Positions 60,649-64,000 of a stretch of 64,000 nt of DNA are shown piece after piece. Below the pieces are notes generated by a model that saw nothing but the letters and a program-made list of their open reading frames with translations, had not been told where the DNA came from and made no database searches. Source of the stretch: Vitrella brassicaformis CCMP3155 (taxonomy: Eukaryota; Protista; Chromerida); assembly GCA_001179505.1 (NCBI GenBank), contig CDMY01000218.1, forward strand, positions 100,985 to 164,984, given 5' to 3'. The translations under genes and the position numbers were made by a program. Each line of letters starts with the position of its first letter. The stretch's first letter is position 1.

Positions 60649-61831
60649 TGGGGAGAGAGAGCTCTCTCCTCGCGCGTCTTTTTCGTTCGTTCCGTCCTTG
60701 TTCACATTATGATGTATAGGCGGATGGGATGCGTGCAGGCATGTGTGTCTTTTGGTGGCTCTTTTTCCCTCGAGGCTCTGTTTATCTATCGGTGTGGCAG
60801 AGGGTGTGGTGTACATCCTTCCATGTGTGTGCAGCGCTGCGGGCTGGTGTGGTGAGCAGAGGCCGCCACACCGCACATTTTGCCCTCCTCCTTCCTTCGT
60901 GTCTTGTACAGCCAACCAATCGTGATGCGTGTCGTGCGTGAATGTGTTGTGTCATTTGCTCGCTCGTGAGTCAATCAGTCAGCGGAATGAAGCGAGCGAT
61001 GTACAGGAAGGACAGTACACGAGACAGACGCGAGTACGCCTTTGATCTGACAAAAGAAGTGAGTCCATGCGCATCGCATACGTAAGTGCATGTTTGTGTG
61101 AGGGCACATGAGCAGTGCACGCCCCCTCCCACCCTGTTTGCCTGCCTGCCTCCCTCCCTCTCTGCACACACAGCCCACCCCTGCGCACATCCGTGTGTGG
61201 GAAGGTGCCTGCCCGCGTGCTGCGCACTCCTGCACAACCGCATTCACGAAATTCGCAAAGCCTACGCGTAACTAGGGTTTGGCTGAGCACATCAGCCGCC
61301 TCTCCGCCCCCCTGCAATGGGAAAAAGCCTCCCAGAAGAGAGTGTTTACAGTTGCGAGCTTGAGTGGTGCTAGGGGTCGCTAACGGCACATGCCCTCTCC
61401 GCAAACACAACAGCACCAGAGAGGCTCACACACAGAAAGGCCACACACGAAGCGAGAAGCAGCCACAAGGCCCCCCAGCTGACATTTCCCTCTGTCTGTC
61501 TGCCTGTCTGCTCAGGAAAAGGGTGATCTATCTCAAGGAATCGGCCATGCCGTCAAGGGCCCTAGCAAGGCTTTTCTGACCTCTTGATGAAGGTGCGATT
61601 CTGAGCTGGAGAGGCCTATATGTTCTTTACTTCGTCATTCTTCGGGTGGGATACCTTTTCAACAACTTCGGTTTCTTCTCATGACCCGCACACACAACCT
61701 CATTCCCTCTCCTTGGTAAGGCCTCATAGCCCATAGTCACATTATCTTGCACACACGCCCTCAGCTTCTCGCCTGCACCTTTTTTCTGTAGGCGTCTTTC
61801 TCTCACTGAGTGCCGCCCCCAGTCTGCATGT

Positions 61832-62459
61832 GTGTGTGTGCGTCGTCTCCTGTGGATGGATGGCTGGATGGCTGGATGTGTTTGTGGTTGTTTGCGCCTG
61901 TCAGGACTTCGGCGAGTCGTTCGAGCACCTCTCGAGGAACGGTGGGTGGGTGGAGTGCAGCACGATGATCAGAGGCCACAATGCCAGCCTCTGCAAGAAG
62001 AAACAGGTAACACACCAGTGAGGGGCGTGGCTGGTGCACGGACCTGCTGTTCCACACACAGGTGCGTGTACTCATGCGGGTCTGTCGCCGTGTGTGTGTG
62101 TGTGCGGACAGATTCAGTCGTATCCCACGTGGGAGATTTTCGGCAAGTTCTTCAGGGGAAGAAAACCCATGCAGCAGCTGGCGACACTCGGTAGGTAGTA
62201 CCCACCCCGTGCGCCCGCTGTCCATGTGTGTGTTTTTTTTTGTGCGTGTCAGCCGGTCTGGAAACGATCGACGAGCTGAGAGAAAGAGGTGACGTGACAT
62301 ACAGACCACACACAGCAGCACACACAGAGCGCGGCTGTGCATTCCTCTCGGTNNNNNNNNNNNNNNNNNNNNNNNNNNNNNNNNNNNNNNNGAAAGAGGT
62401 GACGTGACATACAGACCACACACAGCAGCACACACAGAGCGCGGCTGTGCATTCCTCTC

Positions 62460-62492
<33 letters not shown>

Positions 62493-63488
62493 ACGTGCAG
62501 GTGTGACGCTCTACACCTCATCGGACGCCTCGTGCGAGCCATGCGCCCAGCAGAAAAAGATGCTGGGGACGGCCGGTGCGCAATCCAATCCAATGCACTC
62601 TCTGCAGCTGTCAACCGCATGAATTCTTGTGGTGAGTTGTGTGCAGGCAACGAGGCGATCCACATAATTGAGTGCCCACCATCCAGCCGCAGCAATGGTG
62701 ATGACGACAGTGTTGCGGCTGCTGCTGCTGCTGCTGCTGCGGGCGACAAGAGTGGGCCACTAGATAGGAAGAAGCAAAGGCGGCGGCTGCAGCAACACGA
62801 CGAACCTGACGAGCCAGATGACGATCCATGTGTAAAGGTATGGCTGACTCACAGACATAAACAGAGAGCCGTCAGCAGAGAGGGCTGTAGCGCATGTCAT
62901 GTGTGGGTGTGTTTGCCCATACTGCAGGTGTCTGGCCACAGCCTGCCCGTGTGGGAATTCCCATTAACCCCTGTGGCCTCATCCGAGCCTCGGCTGCTGG
63001 ACGGTCCTCTTTCACTTGAGCAGCTGCAGAAACACCTGAGTGACACTGACTAATGGGGAGAGAGAGCTCTCTCCTCGCGCGTCTTTTTCGTTCGTTCCGT
63101 CCTTGTTCACATTATGATGTATAGGCGGATGGGATGCGTGCAGGCATGTGTGTCTTTTGGTGGCTCTTTTTCCCTCGAGGCTCTGTTTATCTATCGGTGT
63201 GGCAGAGGGTGTGGTGTGGTGTACATCCTTTCATGTGTGTGCAGCGCAGCGCAGCAGGTGTGGCGGCCGGCCTCGGCTCGCACATTTTGCCTTCCTCCTT
63301 CCTTCGTGCCTTGTACAGCCAACCAATCGTGAAGCGTGCCGTGCGTGAATGTGTTGTGTCATTTGCTCGCTTGTGAGTCAATCAGTCAGCGGAATGAAGC
63401 GAGCGATGTACAGGAAGGACAGTACACGACACAGACACGTGTACGCCTTTGATCTGACAAAAGAAGTGAGTCCATACGCATCGCATAT
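61832..63488 (+). pseudogene. Partial duplicate of the 3' exons and 3' flank of the VKOR-Trx gene (copy of about 59249-61081)
   Basis: Same exons with a few substitutions (CEPCAEQ to CEPCAQQ, longer Ala run). Frames and splice sites intact; lacks the VKOR, Trx1 and Trx2 CGHC exons. Confidence 0.75.
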
Positions 63489-63614
63489 GTCTGTCAATGT
63501 GCCCCGGCCGCTTTATCCGCAAGGCAGCCACAAGCAAGCAATCCCCATCCATCCATCCATCCATAGCAACCAGCATACATCAGAGCCTTGGCCGCGCGAC
63601 AGCAAGGCAGACAT

Positions 63615-64000
63615 AGCTGTTTGTTTGACTTTTTTTTTGCTATATTCGCCGCTTTTGCTCTGCAGTCTCCCACTCTTCCCACTCTTCTCAATCAAGAGAA
63701 ACGAAGAGAAATGTATGAGAGACAGAAGAGACAGAAGAGACGGAAGAGACGGAAGGGACATTGGCAAACAAAGCCTTTTTGAGGGAACTGGAAAGAAACC
63801 AGACAAAAGTTGACCCTACACGGGCATTGGGTATTTCTTAATGCATTGTCCCGAATGTATGACAGCCACTCACTTCAAAATTACACAGCGCTGACAGCGC
63901 TCCTCTAAATTACCTCAGATTCCCATCCCCAAATCAATGATATCCTTCGGGCAATCCAGGCGGCTCGGGAGAGCGGCAGGAGGAAGCCAGACAGCGTGTT
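63615..64000 (+). repeat. Inverted copies of two blocks from 49301-49501 and 52305-52378
   Basis: 63615-63816 is the reverse complement of 49301-49501. 63927-64000 is the reverse complement of 52305-52378. Confidence 0.9.

Noticed and set aside
62283-62462. 70-bp direct repeat around the 39-N gap
   Set aside because: Exact overlap on both sides of a gap; assembly artefact. This copy also suggests the 300-N gap at 59776 hides only a short (GT)n tract.

Overview
Intron-dense, GC-rich eukaryotic genomic DNA with short microsatellite-filled introns ((GT)n, (CA)n, (GACA)n, (GGAT)n) and four N gaps. Gene content (ApiAP2 factor, bipartite-leader pyruvate kinase and GST) and intron style point to a chromerid alveolate, most like Vitrella brassicaformis (inference). 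Manual splicing supports about 19 protein-coding models. These include a condensin HEAT subunit (NCAPD3-like), an ARM-like/RING protein, a tandem-AP2 transcription factor, a MYND-TPR protein, COQ4, pyruvate kinase, THYN1/EVE, a Mn-CDF transporter, PRP39, a CPYC-type GST, a VKOR-thioredoxin fusion and several hypotheticals, many arranged as tight head-to-head pairs. The most unusual items are (1) a type I membrane protein joining C-type lectin, bacterial Ig-like, PAN/Apple and RTX Ca-binding repeats and (2) an LTO1-like VKOR fusion with three thioredoxin-like domains, lying back-to-back with a thiol-active GST and followed by an intact duplicate of its 3' exons. Most six-frame ORFs are spurious. 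Exon boundaries were placed by eye and all family calls come from motif recall, not database searches.
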